Source of the DNA: Thermodesulfobacteriota bacterium
GTDB taxonomy: Bacteria; Desulfobacterota; WTBG01; JAGOGO01
DNA: 32,000 nucleotides
Reading direction: 5' to 3'
Assembly: GCA_026625185.1 (NCBI GenBank)
Contig: CP113000.1
Span: 2,445,622-2,477,621, forward strand
Shown piece by piece: positions 1-11,176 of this stretch (its first letter is position 1; each line of letters starts with the position of its first letter). A program made the position numbers and the translations under genes. Below the pieces are notes generated by a model. That model had not been told where the DNA came from. It was given only the letters and a program-made list of their open reading frames with translations, and did no database searches.

Positions 1-2
1 AC

Positions 3-283
3 AATTTTGAGTGGGATCCCATAAAGGCCAGTGACAACAAAGACAAACATGTGTAACATTTGATGAAGCAGCAACAGTATTTAGAGATTCAAAGGCACTT
101 TACATATTCGACCCAGACCACAGTGAAACTGAAGATAGATGGATAACTGCGGTTATTTCGGAGAAGGGACGGTTACTGGTCGTGGTCCATACCTTTCAAG
201 AAGAAAGTAAAGATGCTATCACGATCAGAATTATTTCAAGCCGAAAAGCAACAAAACAAGAAATCAAAACATATGGTGAATGA
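3..283 (+). pseudogene. brnT: BrnT-family (DUF497) type II toxin, 5' end at or beyond the window edge, disrupted by a 1-nt frameshift near 50-53
   Basis: Frame 3 reads NFEWDPIKASDNKDKH and then hits TAA at 54-56. Frame 2 from position 50 reads (C)VTFDEAATVFRDSKALYIFDPDHSETEDRWITAVISEKGRLLVVVHTFQEESKDAITIRIISSRKATKQEIKTYGE, ending in TGA at 281-283. Together these give a typical BrnT sequence (FEWD...KHGV.F..A..VF.D......HS..E.R....G......L.VV.T.....IRIISAR.AT..E...Y) if one G is restored in AAACATG-TGTA. The ATGA overlap with the downstream antitoxin gene is typical of these pairs. Confidence 0.75.
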
Positions 284-483
284 ACATGAGAAAAGAGTAT
301 GATTTTTCAAAAGGCCAAAGAGGCAAGTTCTATCATCCGGATATGAAGCTGAACATTCCCATTTATCTCGATGAGGAAGTTTCTGCTTTTGTAGAGAAAA
401 TAGCGGCGAAGAAAGGGCTTGATCGATCCTCGGTAGTGAACGAGCTCCTCAAGGGTGATATGAAAATCTCCGAGGCAATGTAA
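280..483 (+). CDS. brnA: BrnA-like antitoxin (KEYDFSK...RGKF N-terminus plus C-terminal ribbon-helix-helix-like part)
   Basis: The 67-aa ORF MNMRKEYDFSKGQRGKFYHPDMKLNIPIYLDEEV...GLDRSSVVNELLKGD matches the pattern recalled for BrnA partners of DUF497 toxins. Its start overlaps the brnT stop (ATGA at 280-283). Confidence 0.8.
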   Translation: MNMRKEYDFSKGQRGKFYHPDMKLNIPIYLDEEVSAFVEKIAAKKGLDRSSVVNELLKGDMKISEAM

Positions 484-787
484 TTTGATCGCTTTCGGCG
501 AACATGTCATGTGAGCAGCCTTCTAAACTCTAAGCGTTTTATAAGTGACTCAAGCGTTAGTCCTATAATAAGATTAGATCGCGGAGGAGAAACTCTTGCA
601 AGGATTGATTTTAATAAAAAGGCCGGATTGCCAGGTAAAAAGGTGATGGGCCTTTTTTGTTTTTTGAAGAGGTCAGGAGTCCAATCAAAAGGGTTTGAAC
701 TGGCTTACACAGAAGGCCAGAGCCTTTGTTTGCAGTATTACACAGACTGAATAATCATTGTTAGGATTTCATAATATTACCTGCAAT

Positions 788-1279
788 ATGGATCTTGAAT
801 CACTAAGAAAATCATTTCGACCAGGAAAAGTAAAAATGCTTCTGATTGGAGAATCAGCGCCCGTCAGCGGTAATTTTTTTTATATTAAGGGGGCGATGAC
901 AACTTATACTGCTCGTGCCTTCGAGAAAAGTTATGGAATCAAATTTTGTGACCACTCTGATTTCTTAAACTTTTTTCGCAAATGTGGTTGTTATATAGAT
1001 GACCTTTCTCTCATCCCGGTAAATGCTATGAACCCAAAGGAACGTGAGCAAGCATTGAAGGGAGGTATAAAGCCATTATCGCAACGCATACTCGAAATCA
1101 GGCCTGAAATTGTCGTTTCTGTTCTCCGAAAGATTGAACCATACGTTCGAGAGGCTGTTAAAATGACAGGCCTTGAGATGATTTTTTTTGTGCTCCCGTT
1201 TCCTGGCAATGGGCATCAAAATACGTATGTTGACGGGTTATCGAATATCTTGAGACAGTTTATGCCAATTAAAACATAA
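788..1279 (+). CDS. hypothetical protein with weak uracil-DNA-glycosylase-superfamily-like motifs
   Basis: This is a long ORF; I prefer the ATG at 788 over the TTG at 758. LLIGESAP resembles UDG motif A (GExPG) and VLPFPGNGHQ resembles motif B (HPS...). This is a motif-level resemblance only. Confidence 0.5.
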   Translation: MDLESLRKSFRPGKVKMLLIGESAPVSGNFFYIKGAMTTYTARAFEKSYGIKFCDHSDFLNFFRKCGCYIDDLSLIPVNAMNPKEREQALKGGIKPLSQRILEIRPEIVVSVLRKIEPYVREAVKMTGLEMIFFVLPFPGNGHQNTYVDGLSNILRQFMPIKT

Positions 1280-1347
1280 CCTTGCACTGGGCTTGCCGCC
1301 AAAGGGAGCGGCACAATTCGGTTTCTCGTTAGGATGAGGAACATTGA

Positions 1348-1653
1348 ATGTGGGGGAAAGCAAAATCATCATCGGACACGCGCTGGTCGGGAAGGGTGAC
1401 CAAAGAAAGCAATGCGCTGGATTTGGAGGAGGGAGTATTCACCTGGTCGGACCCAAAGAAGATTGCGCTGTCGCTCAAGCAGTCGGCGGATAGCAGTACC
1501 CGCCGCAAGGCCTCGCCGTTTCGCTCCGCCATGTCGATGCTCGTATTCTATATCAACCGGGCCGGCAAAAACCTGGACAAGGATCAGTCGCGTATTCTGG
1601 AACAGGCCAAGGAAGAACTGCGCGCACTCTATGAGAAGAGAGGACATAAGTAA
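1348..1653 (+). CDS. DUF3175 domain protein
   Basis: RWSGRVTKESNALDLEEGVFTWSDPKKIALSLKQSADSSTRRKASPFRSAMSMLVFYINRAGKNL matches the DUF3175 signature as I recall it. An AGGATGAGG RBS-like sequence lies upstream. The gene is visibly more GC-rich than its flanks. Confidence 0.85.
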   Translation: MWGKAKSSSDTRWSGRVTKESNALDLEEGVFTWSDPKKIALSLKQSADSSTRRKASPFRSAMSMLVFYINRAGKNLDKDQSRILEQAKEELRALYEKRGHK

Positions 1654-1813
1654 TCGCCGAGGAAGTACAAATATAAATGCGAACAACGGGCTGCATGATA
1701 CGGCGGGGTGCAAAGGGATAAACAACTTGAATTGTCCCGCTGACGGTGAGCCTTATCATTAGGCATCGTTAAACCTTTTTGATTGTTAGACCAATAATCG
1801 AAAGGAGGCAGGC

Positions 1814-2029
1814 ATGAGAGCACAAATTTTAGGATTGCGGGTGGCAAGCGTCATTTTCGGGCTGATAACTGTGGCGCAGGTGGCGCGCCTGGTGATACGG
1901 CCCGAGGTGCTTGTTGCTGGACACCTGATGCCGCTCTGGCCAAGTGCGATTGCGGTGGTGATTTTAGGCAGCCTGTGTATCTGGCTTTGGAAACTCTCAG
2001 GACTGCCGCCAAAAGAGGACGGTCAGTAA
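1814..2029 (+). CDS. small membrane protein with two predicted TM helices
   Basis: A strong RBS (GAAAGGAGG) lies 6 nt upstream of the ATG. There are two hydrophobic stretches (VASVIFGLITVAQVARLVI and LWPSAIAVVILGSLCIWLW). The gene is GC-rich like the neighbouring DUF3175 gene. Confidence 0.6.
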   Translation: MRAQILGLRVASVIFGLITVAQVARLVIRPEVLVAGHLMPLWPSAIAVVILGSLCIWLWKLSGLPPKEDGQ

Positions 2030-2142
2030 AACACTTTTAAGGAAATGGTGATAGAGAAGAAAAAAAATACCGTTGGTGGCGTGAAGTCAAATATGTAGGA
2101 ATCGAAAATTCTCATCGTGTTAATGCGTTTTTTAGTAAAAGA

Positions 2143-2919
2143 ATGGGAGTTACTCAGGTTAAAAGAAATCCACCTCTCATTGTGAGCCTTACAACCATCC
2201 CCGAACGTTTGTATAAAGTTCATTTGTGTATTGAATCATAGCTGAGGCAGTCATGTAAGCCTGAGTATCTGATGCTTTGGGTATCTGTCCCTGAAGATAA
2301 GATTCCGAAAAAACTTGCTCGGCTTAAACAACGGGGACTTCAAATAAAATTTTGTAAGGATATTCGTTCGCATCGGAAAATTTTTTACACCCTCAAGAAA
2401 AATCCGTAGAGCATTATTGTAACTGCGGATGACGATATTTTTTATCCGAATAACTGGCTCAAACCATTGTATGATGCTTACCTGAAAGAACTTCAGTACA
2501 TCCACTGTCACCGGGCGCACCTGATGATAAAGGACTCTGGTGGGAAATTAAAAAAGTTCAAGGAATGGAACTCTCTTGCTCCCGGAATTCAAGGGCCTTC
2601 TTTGTTTATTTGGCCGGTCGGAATGCATGGGGTATTGTATCCTCCTCATTCTTTATCTGAGGAGGCACTCGATGAAGAGATTTTTATGCGCTTATCTCCA
2701 TATTCTGATGAGACATGGGCAAAAGCAATGTCCTTGCTTAAAAAAATTGAATGCAAAAAAGTGTCTCCTTTTTGTCCCAATTATTTTCACATCAGGGGTG
2801 TTAGAGGACAAAGTTTAAACAAAATCAATAGCACGGGGACGAAAGACAAACAAATCCAGGCAGTCTTTGAATATTTTAATTTGTATACTGTTATCGGAAA
2901 TTCAATAAATCATTCTTAA
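2143..2919 (+). pseudogene. glycosyltransferase-like gene interrupted by two in-frame TAG codons (2239-2241 and 2407-2409)
   Basis: A single frame reads MGVTQVKRNPPLIVSLTTIPERLYKVHLCIES*LRQSCKPEYLMLWVSVPEDKIPKKLARLKQRGLQIKFCKDIRSHRKIFYTLKKNP*SIIVTADDDIFYPNNWLKPLYDAYL... and continues into the 150-aa ORF 2467..2919. The SLT(T/S)xPxR ... LW(L/V)s ... TADDD layout is typical of a capsule/EPS-type glycosyltransferase family. There are no frameshifts, only the two amber codons. Confidence 0.7.
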
Positions 2920-2946
2920 GAAGCGGAAGTATCAAAATAATTTTAC

Positions 2947-3750
2947 CTATCTTAGCGCCAGGCGGCCCCGGTAATCAATTTTCATGCGGGGATAAAATTG
3001 AGGATGGAGATAACGTAAGATGGTTTGATCTGAACCACAGCCTTTAGGAAACTCAGGGAGCTGCTCAAGGAGTTTTCCACTTTGTCTCAGTTTTTTATAT
3101 TTTTCCCCTATGAGATCGTTGTCAGTTACGTAAAATAGTGCGGCTTGCAATACCTCTCGTAAAAAAGCAGTTCGGCCAAAAAAGACTCCTGCATTAATAT
3201 ACCACTGTGAATAAAATCCGTTATCTTTGGCAATCTGGTCAGTCCAAATTTTTTGTTCGGGCATATACTTATAGTTGTCTTTGGATTTTGTTCGAGAAAA
3301 AAGCAGGTCACAGTTTTCCTCTTCCAAATACCGGATTGCTTTTTCTGGATTATCCCGCAACACCGAATCATTACTGTCACAGTAAAGGATATAGTCTGCT
3401 TTGCAGTCAGCATTTTTAAGATAGTTGAGTAACATACTTATTTTTTTAGTCTGGCGCCACGGTTCACCGGCATTAAGCTTAAGGACATGGTAGTAAGTTA
3501 TTCCCACATATTGGAGACTTAATTCCATAATTGGAGGATGTGCATAGTTGTGAAGCAAGAGGATGGTTATTTCCGGCGGACAACGCAATTTTCCTTTAGC
3601 ATGTCCGCAGAGTAAAGGGAGGGCAAGCGAAGGAGGATTTTCGGTAAGCTTGCGTCGATGAATGACAAGGTGATCCCAGGTGCGTCTTTTAAAAAAGGCC
3701 CATACGATATTTTTTATTTTTTTAAAGATTTTAATAATCGGTTGAGTCAT
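2947..3750 (-). CDS. putative nucleotide-diphospho-sugar transferase-like protein
   Basis: This is a 267-aa ORF. It contains a DxD-like motif, ILYCDSNDSVL, and INAGVFFGRTAFL, which recall GT-A-fold transferases. It sits beside the glycosyltransferase pseudogene and ends in TAG. Confidence 0.5.
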   Translation of the reverse strand: MTQPIIKIFKKIKNIVWAFFKRRTWDHLVIHRRKLTENPPSLALPLLCGHAKGKLRCPPEITILLLHNYAHPPIMELSLQYVGITYYHVLKLNAGEPWRQTKKISMLLNYLKNADCKADYILYCDSNDSVLRDNPEKAIRYLEEENCDLLFSRTKSKDNYKYMPEQKIWTDQIAKDNGFYSQWYINAGVFFGRTAFLREVLQAALFYVTDNDLIGEKYKKLRQSGKLLEQLPEFPKGCGSDQTILRYLHPQFYPRMKIDYRGRLALR

Positions 3751-3799
3751 AAGAAAAATTTCTCCACGCCCTGACTTAAAACCATCAAAAAGATATCAG

Positions 3800-5098
<1,299 letters not shown>

Positions 5099-5380
5099 TC
5101 AGGAGTCAGAAAAGGGAAGGTCAGTTCTCAGCCGTCCGTAGTCGGTTGCTTTATGCCATACAACTGACGACTACTTGCGGACTATGGACACCTTAATTTG
5201 CCGATTGTCAATTGCATACTGATACCAAGTCACCTTCATTTGTATATCTTGGTTGGCTCCTCGTCGTGCTTCTTGACGCACTTAAATGTACGCCTGCGTC
5301 GAATCCTCGTCGCCGCCTCGATCTACTTTTGAATTCAACTTGGTATGAATAGTGTTTTCTGGCTACTGACTTCAAATTAA

Positions 5381-5780
5381 AATGCTAAAGCAGACAATAA
5401 GCCGAGTTCTGTTCCCTGAAGTTTCCTTCAGGGCAATGGTCATTACTCTAGAGAAGCGGTTACCCGCTCCTTCAAGCGACCTACCCGGGAGCTACGGGCG
5501 GACCACCCTACTCATGCTCCCTTATTTGGTCTTGCTCCGGGCGGGGTTTACCAAGCACCTGATGTCACCATCAGGCCTGGTGAGCACTTATCTCACCGTT
5601 TCACCCTTGCCTCGCGTGTTGACTGGGAAAAACCCAGTCAGGAGGCGGTCTATTTTCTGTGGCACTTTCCTTCCCGTCACCGGGACTCCGTGTTACGGAG
5701 CGCCCTGTCCTGTGGAGCTCGGACTTTCCTCCCGTCCCGATAAATCGGGACCGGCGACCATTTTGTCTGCTTTAGCAGAT
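5381..5780 (-). ncRNA. rnpB: RNase P RNA, bacterial type A
   Basis: The reverse complement contains GGGAGGAAAGTCCGAGCTCCACAGGACAGGG, GGCAAGGGTGAAACGGTGAGATAAGTGCTCACC and ACAGAACTCGGCTTATTGTCTGC. A P1 helix pairs GCTAAAGCAGACA (5' end near 5776) with TGTCTGCTTTAGC (3' end near 5384). The ends are approximate, within a few nt. Confidence 0.9.
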
Positions 5781-5952
5781 CTGTTTACCTGGTTAGAAAT
5801 ACCCCGCTTGTCCCGTTAACTACTAAATATCTAACCGGGTGAAGAACCACGGGGCAAACTTAAAAATTCTTACCCGGTTTCGTACGAAGTAAATCACATT
5901 ATAAAATTTTTTAGCCGGATGAATGTGCCGTGTGAAATCCTTCCAACTGGCT

Positions 5953-6681
5953 TTACTCCGTATCCTCATCGTTATGCTCCTCAAAATAAACGATCCGGTT
6001 GCAGAATGGGCATTGCATAATAGCATGATTGCTTTTGCGGATCTCTAAGATTTTTTGAGGAGGAATATTGATATTGCAGCCGGTACAAAGCCCGTCTTGA
6101 ATCGACACAACAGCGAGACCCTGCCTTCGCTCTTTGATCATCTCAAACTTTTTGATCAGATCAGGCTCAATGTTTTCAAGGATTGTATCGCGGAGCGCTT
6201 TTTGGTTTTGGATATCTTGGTTTGATTTTTCCAACTCCGTGTTTAATGTCTCTTTTTTCTTTTCGAATTCCTGGAACCATTTCTGGTATTCGCTTTCTTC
6301 CTGGTTTACCTTTTTTGCCAGGGTATCGGTTTTTTCCAGGAAAAGGAGAATCTCGGTCTCAATATCACTATTGTGCTGTTTAATGTCATCGATTTCTTTT
6401 AGGACCGCCTGATATTCCTTGTTTGTTTTTACCAACGCAAGTTTATCCTGGGATTTCTGCAGTCGTTCGAGTTCCCGGCTCAGGTCCTTTTCTTTTTTAC
6501 GTCTTTCTTTTTGAGCCTCCTCGAAAGAAGTTTTTCCCTTTTCGAGTGATTGCTTCTTTTTTTCGAACTCTTTTTCCAACTGATTTATTTTTTTAGGAAA
6601 GTCCAGCTTGGTTTTCTCGAGATTTTTGAGAGCGCTATCAATCGCCTGAAGTTGTTTTATAAGTTCCAGTTGATCTTCCAA
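5953..6681 (-). CDS. coiled-coil protein with C-terminal C4 zinc ribbon (COG1579/DUF164-like)
   Basis: The 242-aa ORF has a long heptad-rich K/E region followed by CTGCNINIPPQ...CPFCNRIV. Confidence 0.85.
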   Translation of the reverse strand: MEDQLELIKQLQAIDSALKNLEKTKLDFPKKINQLEKEFEKKKQSLEKGKTSFEEAQKERRKKEKDLSRELERLQKSQDKLALVKTNKEYQAVLKEIDDIKQHNSDIETEILLFLEKTDTLAKKVNQEESEYQKWFQEFEKKKETLNTELEKSNQDIQNQKALRDTILENIEPDLIKKFEMIKERRQGLAVVSIQDGLCTGCNINIPPQKILEIRKSNHAIMQCPFCNRIVYFEEHNDEDTE

Positions 6682-6744
6682 GGTCTGTGTCCTTCAAAAG
6701 GGGTTGATGGTGACGGCTTCCTCAATCTTATCATGGAGCGCAAA

Positions 6745-6776
6745 TAAAAAATGCACCCCTCAGGAGTGCATTTTTC
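6745..6776 (-). terminator. bidirectional-looking Rho-independent terminator after tRNA-Met/rpoD
   Basis: The ATGCAC/GTGCAT stem (6751-6771) is flanked by an A-run on one side and a T-run on the other. Confidence 0.55.
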
Positions 6777-6910
6777 GCCCGATCTTTTACCAATAATGTG
6801 GTAATAAGCTAATAGTTCACTCTTTAGCAGTCTCATACACCTGTGCATCACTCACCTGCTTTTTGTTACCGATAAATTTTGTTTAATAATCAGCAAACTG
6901 CCGCTGGTTA

Positions 6911-6983
6911 TGGGCCCACCTGGGTTCGAACCAGGGACCGACCGGTTATGAGCCGGTAGCTCTTCCAGCTGAGCTATGGGCCC
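6911..6983 (-). tRNA. tRNA with CAU anticodon (elongator Met, or Ile2 if lysidine-modified)
   Basis: The reverse complement GGGCCCATAGCTCAGCTGGAAGAGCTACCGGCTCATAACCGGTCGGTCCCTGGTTCGAACCCAGGTGGGCCCA folds as a 73-nt cloverleaf (7/4/5/5-bp stems, GTTCGAA T-loop). G1-C72 is paired and there is no GGG/CCC anticodon stem, so it is not an initiator. CCA is not encoded. Confidence 0.9.
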
Positions 6984-6991
6984 TCATCTGC

Positions 6992-8761
6992 TTATTTCTC
7001 AATGAAACTTTTTAAATTTTTACTGCGAGTAGGATGCCGCAGCTTCCTTAAGGCCTTTACTTCTATTTGCCTGATTCTTTCTCGGGTCACATCAAAATCC
7101 TGCCCAACTTCTTCTAAGGTATGGTCAGCTTTTTCTCCGATTCCGAAACGCATCCTTAAAACCTTTTCCTCTCGGGGGGTTAAGGTCGCTAAAACCCTTC
7201 GAATGATATCAGAAAGATTGGTATTTACCACCGACTCCCCCGGAGAAAGGAAACTTTTATCTTCAATAAAATCTCCTAAGTGGCTATCTTCTTCTTCTCC
7301 AATAGGGGTCTCTAAAGAAATTGGTTCTTTGGCGATTTTAAGAACCTTTCTCACTTTGTCAAGAGGAAGTTCCATCTTTTCCGCAATTTCTTCAGGGGTG
7401 GGTTCACGACCGATTTCCTGAACCAAGAGGCGGGAGGTTCGGATCAGTTTATTGATTGTTTCAATCATATGGACGGGGATTCTAATGGTTCGCGCTTGGT
7501 CGGCGATTGCGCGGGTTATGGCCTGTCGGATCCACCAGGTCGCATAGGTGCTAAACTTATAACCCCGTTGATATTCAAATTTATCAACCGCCTTAATCAA
7601 TCCGATATTCCCTTCTTGGATAAGATCTAAAAACTGGAGGCCACGGTTGGTATATTTTTTAGCGAGGCTTACCACTAACCGTAAATTGGCCCTTACCAGT
7701 TCTTCATTGGCTGATTTGGTCTTGGTTTCCGCGCGCACTAAGGTTCTGTGGGTTTTTCGAAGCTCACTGGCGCAAAGTTCAGATTCTTGTTCAATCCGCT
7801 TATATTTCTTGGTAAAATTATTATACATCCGCTCCAGTTCTTCGGCCTGTTCTAAATCGAAACCGGCTTTAGCAAGGATACGGATTTTTCTCTTAGGATA
7901 TTTTTTTATTTCCGCCAATATTTTCTCTATCTCTTTTTTCGCTATTTTTGTTGACTCAATATATTTTTTCCATTCCTTTTCAGCAGCCTCGAGCTGGGAA
8001 AAGAATGATTTTAACTTATCGCCAATCATCTCAATCTGGCGAGGATTAAGGAGGGCCTCTCGAGAATAATTTAGAGCTAAAAGTTTTCTTCGAATAAGTT
8101 TGTCTTTGATTACTTTTGCTTTATCTTCATCTTTTCCCGCTTTAGCTAACTGAGATTGCAACTGTCGTATCTGTTTTTCGATTACCCGGATTTTCACAAC
8201 TAAATCTAAAAATTTTTGGGTTTGAAATTCCTTATCCTGAACCGGAACTTCTTCATCGTCACTAATAATTTCCTGAATCGTGATTTTTTTGTTGATAAGT
8301 TTTTCTTCGAGGCTATAGAGCTTTTTTAAGGCGAGCGGAGTATTAAGAATTACATCAAAAGTTTCTTGTTTTGCCTTTTCGATCCGTTTGGAAATTTTTA
8401 TCTCTTCTTCGCGGGTCAAGAGGGAATGGGCCCCCATCTCTTTAAGATACAATCTAACGGGATCAGCTGCTACTCCGGCAACACTTGCGGTTAAAACCTT
8501 TTCATCGGCTTCGCTTTCTTCAATCGGTTCTTCTTCGGGAGATTTGATGACATCTTTGTCAGAAATCATTACCTTATGGAGGTCATCAACGATTTCAACC
8601 GCCACCTCACCAAACATGCCCATTAAATCATCAATCTGATCGAGTGAAATAATGTCTGCAGGTAAAACAGTGTTTACTTCATTATAGGTGACGAAGCCTT
8701 TTTCTTTAGTCAGATTAATTAATTGCTTTATTCGATCAACCTTTGGTTTTTTTGCCATCAA
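6992..8761 (-). CDS. rpoD: RNA polymerase primary sigma factor (sigma-70)
   Basis: The 589-aa ORF contains [40 protein letters not shown] (region 2) and [30 protein letters not shown] (region 4.2). Confidence 0.97.
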   Translation of the reverse strand: MMAKKPKVDRIKQLINLTKEKGFVTYNEVNTVLPADIISLDQIDDLMGMFGEVAVEIVDDLHKVMISDKDVIKSPEEEPIEESEADEKVLTASVAGVAADPVRLYLKEMGAHSLLTREEEIKISKRIEKAKQETFDVILNTPLALKKLYSLEEKLINKKITIQEIISDDEEVPVQDKEFQTQKFLDLVVKIRVIEKQIRQLQSQLAKAGKDEDKAKVIKDKLIRRKLLALNYSREALLNPRQIEMIGDKLKSFFSQLEAAEKEWKKYIESTKIAKKEIEKILAEIKKYPKRKIRILAKAGFDLEQAEELERMYNNFTKKYKRIEQESELCASELRKTHRTLVRAETKTKSANEELVRANLRLVVSLAKKYTNRGLQFLDLIQEGNIGLIKAVDKFEYQRGYKFSTYATWWIRQAITRAIADQARTIRIPVHMIETINKLIRTSRLLVQEIGREPTPEEIAEKMELPLDKVRKVLKIAKEPISLETPIGEEEDSHLGDFIEDKSFLSPGESVVNTNLSDIIRRVLATLTPREEKVLRMRFGIGEKADHTLEEVGQDFDVTRERIRQIEVKALRKLRHPTRSKNLKSFIEK

Positions 8762-8780
8762 ACTCTCCCGTACTTTGACA

Positions 8781-10559
8781 TTACAAGTTCAAAAGAGCGC
8801 CTATAGTAGCAGGTAAGTTTTTTTCCTGAAGGATGAGTTTAACTTTTTGCTCATTCAGGTCTCGGACTTTAGAATCATCTAGACTTTCTTGGGCTTTCTT
8901 AATCTTTATGGTTAACTGAGTCTTCATTTTTTTAAATTTGTTTCTTTTGATTTGTAAAACGCAGTCTTTTAAACTCTCGGTAATATCGGCAAAGTTTTCT
9001 TCTTTAAGACTTAAGCGCATGGTGAGCTTTCTTTTTTCTTCTCCTAATTGGTCAATTAATGTGGTGAGTTCCACTTCACCCTCTTTGTGATACAGAAGGA
9101 TAACGGTTTTAGCTATTTCCTGTAAAAGATGACTATCAAAATCTTCCACGACTTTGACCGTATCCACAGCGGGGATTAGTTCTGGTTTTTGAAGCATGAG
9201 GGTAAGGAGAAACTCTTCCAGCCGTGTCTCCTCTATGGGTGGTGAAGAGAGTTCTTTGGCGTGATGAGACACCGGCGATACCCCTAAACTACGGAGCCGA
9301 TCTTCTCGCACCCCTAATCTTTCGGAAAGTTTTCGAATATACTCATCTTGAATAATTGGCTCTCGTATGTAACCAATAATGGGCATGACCTCTTTAATGA
9401 CTTCAACTTTTCCCTCGGGGAGGGAAACATTTTTTTTCTCAATGGCCCTCTCAATGAAATGTTCGATCAGCAAAGGAGCAGTTTCCATTTTTTTTCGAAA
9501 ATTTTCCGCGCCTTTTTGCTGGATAAATTCATCGGGGTCAGAGCCAGAGGGGAGAATTATCACCCGGGGAGAGAGCCCTTCGCTTAAAAACATCTCCAAA
9601 CTTCTCAACGCTGCTTTATCTCCGGCTTCATCCGAATCAAAAACAACATAAAAACGAGAGGTGAAACGTTTTAAGGTTTGAATGTGTCCCCCTGTAAGGG
9701 CAGTGCCCAAAGGAGAGACGACCGAACAAATTCCTGCTTGAAAGAGACTTAAGAGATCAAAATATCCTTCTACAATTAAAACCTGGTCTTCCTTAGCAAT
9801 AAAATTTCTGGTTATGGGGAGCCCGAACAGGCTTGAGCTTTTTTTATAAATCATTGAATCAGAAGAGTTGAGATATTTAGGGGTCCCACCACCTATTGCT
9901 CGACCTCCAAATCCAATAATCATTCCGTTCAAATTGAAAATGGGGAAAATAATTCTTCCGCGGAAACAGTCAAAAAATCCGCTTTTTCCCCTGGGGGCGA
10001 TCAATCCCAATTGTTTTGCCATTGGTAAAGGGATTTTGCTCTTATTAAGAAAGGTTGCTAAACCATCCCACGTCTCGAGGGCATAACCAAGCTTAAATGT
10101 TTCCCATATTTTTTGATCAATACCTCGTTTATTAAGATATTTTCTCCCAACTTCTCCTTCAGGTCTTTGCATTAAGACCTGATGGAAAAAGTGCATAGCT
10201 TTTTCGTTTATTTCCAGGAACGTTTCTTGGTCGGTTGCTTTTTCTTTCCTATACGAAGAAGGGGGCAGGAGTGAGAGCCCATATTTATGCGCTAATTGAC
10301 TAACCGCTTCAACAAAGGAGAGGTTATTTATCTCTCTCAAAAACGTAATGACATCACCTCCCTTTTGGCATCCGAAACAATAAAAAATCTGTTTTTCCTC
10401 ATTTACATGAAATGAGGGGGTTTTTTCGGAATGGAAGGGGCAAAGAGCCAGGTAGTTTTTACCCGCTTTTTTAAAGGTTACGTATTCGGAGATGATATCA
10501 ACAATATTAGCTCGACTTCTAATTTCTGCCAATTTTTCTCTTGGAAAAAAAGAGGCCAA
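8781..10559 (-). CDS. dnaG: DNA primase
   Basis: The 592-aa ORF has the zinc finger [30 protein letters not shown], the TOPRIM motif IVEGYFD, and the acidic patch VVFDSDEAG. Confidence 0.97.
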   Translation of the reverse strand: MASFFPREKLAEIRSRANIVDIISEYVTFKKAGKNYLALCPFHSEKTPSFHVNEEKQIFYCFGCQKGGDVITFLREINNLSFVEAVSQLAHKYGLSLLPPSSYRKEKATDQETFLEINEKAMHFFHQVLMQRPEGEVGRKYLNKRGIDQKIWETFKLGYALETWDGLATFLNKSKIPLPMAKQLGLIAPRGKSGFFDCFRGRIIFPIFNLNGMIIGFGGRAIGGGTPKYLNSSDSMIYKKSSSLFGLPITRNFIAKEDQVLIVEGYFDLLSLFQAGICSVVSPLGTALTGGHIQTLKRFTSRFYVVFDSDEAGDKAALRSLEMFLSEGLSPRVIILPSGSDPDEFIQQKGAENFRKKMETAPLLIEHFIERAIEKKNVSLPEGKVEVIKEVMPIIGYIREPIIQDEYIRKLSERLGVREDRLRSLGVSPVSHHAKELSSPPIEETRLEEFLLTLMLQKPELIPAVDTVKVVEDFDSHLLQEIAKTVILLYHKEGEVELTTLIDQLGEEKRKLTMRLSLKEENFADITESLKDCVLQIKRNKFKKMKTQLTIKIKKAQESLDDSKVRDLNEQKVKLILQEKNLPATIGALLNL

Positions 10560-10655
10560 CGTCCTTATTTCCCCACTGGAAAAGAGGGTTTGGGTAAAAA
10601 AATAACTCTGTTAGTCAAGAGAAAATCGTAGAACAATCAGAAAAGAAATATTTTT

Positions 10656-10859
10656 TTAATAAGTATTAAATAATTTTCGACCAAACCTATGCGCCCGTTT
10701 TTTGGCTGCCAGAGATTTTTTCTTTTTTCTTATGCTCGGTTTTTCATAATATTGACGTTTTCTAACTTCCGAAATAATTCCCGCTTTTTCACACTGTTTT
10801 TTGAAACGCCTTAAGGCAATTTCAAATGGTTCATTTTCATTTACTGTAATTCCGGGCAT
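10656..10859 (-). CDS. rpsU: 30S ribosomal protein S21
   Basis: The ORF reads [46 protein letters not shown]. It is the first gene of the classic rpsU-dnaG-rpoD arrangement. Confidence 0.95.
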   Translation of the reverse strand: MPGITVNENEPFEIALRRFKKQCEKAGIISEVRKRQYYEKPSIRKKKKSLAAKKRAHRFGRKLFNTY

Positions 10860-11176
10860 TCATTTTCACCTTCCTCATCATTATTTAGTAGATTGTTAAA
10901 CTTTAAAATTTTATTTTTATTAAATTGAAAAGTCAAGAATATTTTTTATACCCAACAAGGAAAATACTTTTTCTTATTTTATTAATAGTTACAAATAAAC
11001 ACTGTATTTTTAGCAAAATCTTTTCCGGGGAAGGAAACAAGGTTTTTAGCTCAAGGGTTTTATCTCTAATAATAGTTATTCCTCTATATATTAAACACGA
11101 AATTTATCACTGTTACAAGAAAACCTGATAGTTTATTGATGTGGTGAGTCGATTTTTTTTAAAGAAAAAGTGAAAA

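Noticed and set aside
511-750. 79-aa ORF after brnA
   Set aside because: It has a GTG/other non-ATG start, no RBS, a composition unlike a protein, and spans a hairpin/T-run region.
2239-2409. In-frame TAG codons as pyrrolysine or reassigned sense codons
   Set aside because: TAG is used as the terminator of serS (3800-3802) and of the adjacent 267-aa gene (2947-2949). There are no pyl genes or suppressor tRNA in the window. A pseudogene is the default explanation.
5382-5819. 145-aa ORF on the + strand
   Set aside because: It lies entirely antisense to a clear RNase P RNA gene and its translation has no protein-like features.
10925-11128. 67-aa ORF in the rpsU upstream spacer
   Set aside because: It is AT-rich intergenic DNA with promoter-like character. 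The ORF has a TTG start, no RBS and an Ile/Lys/Phe-biased translation.
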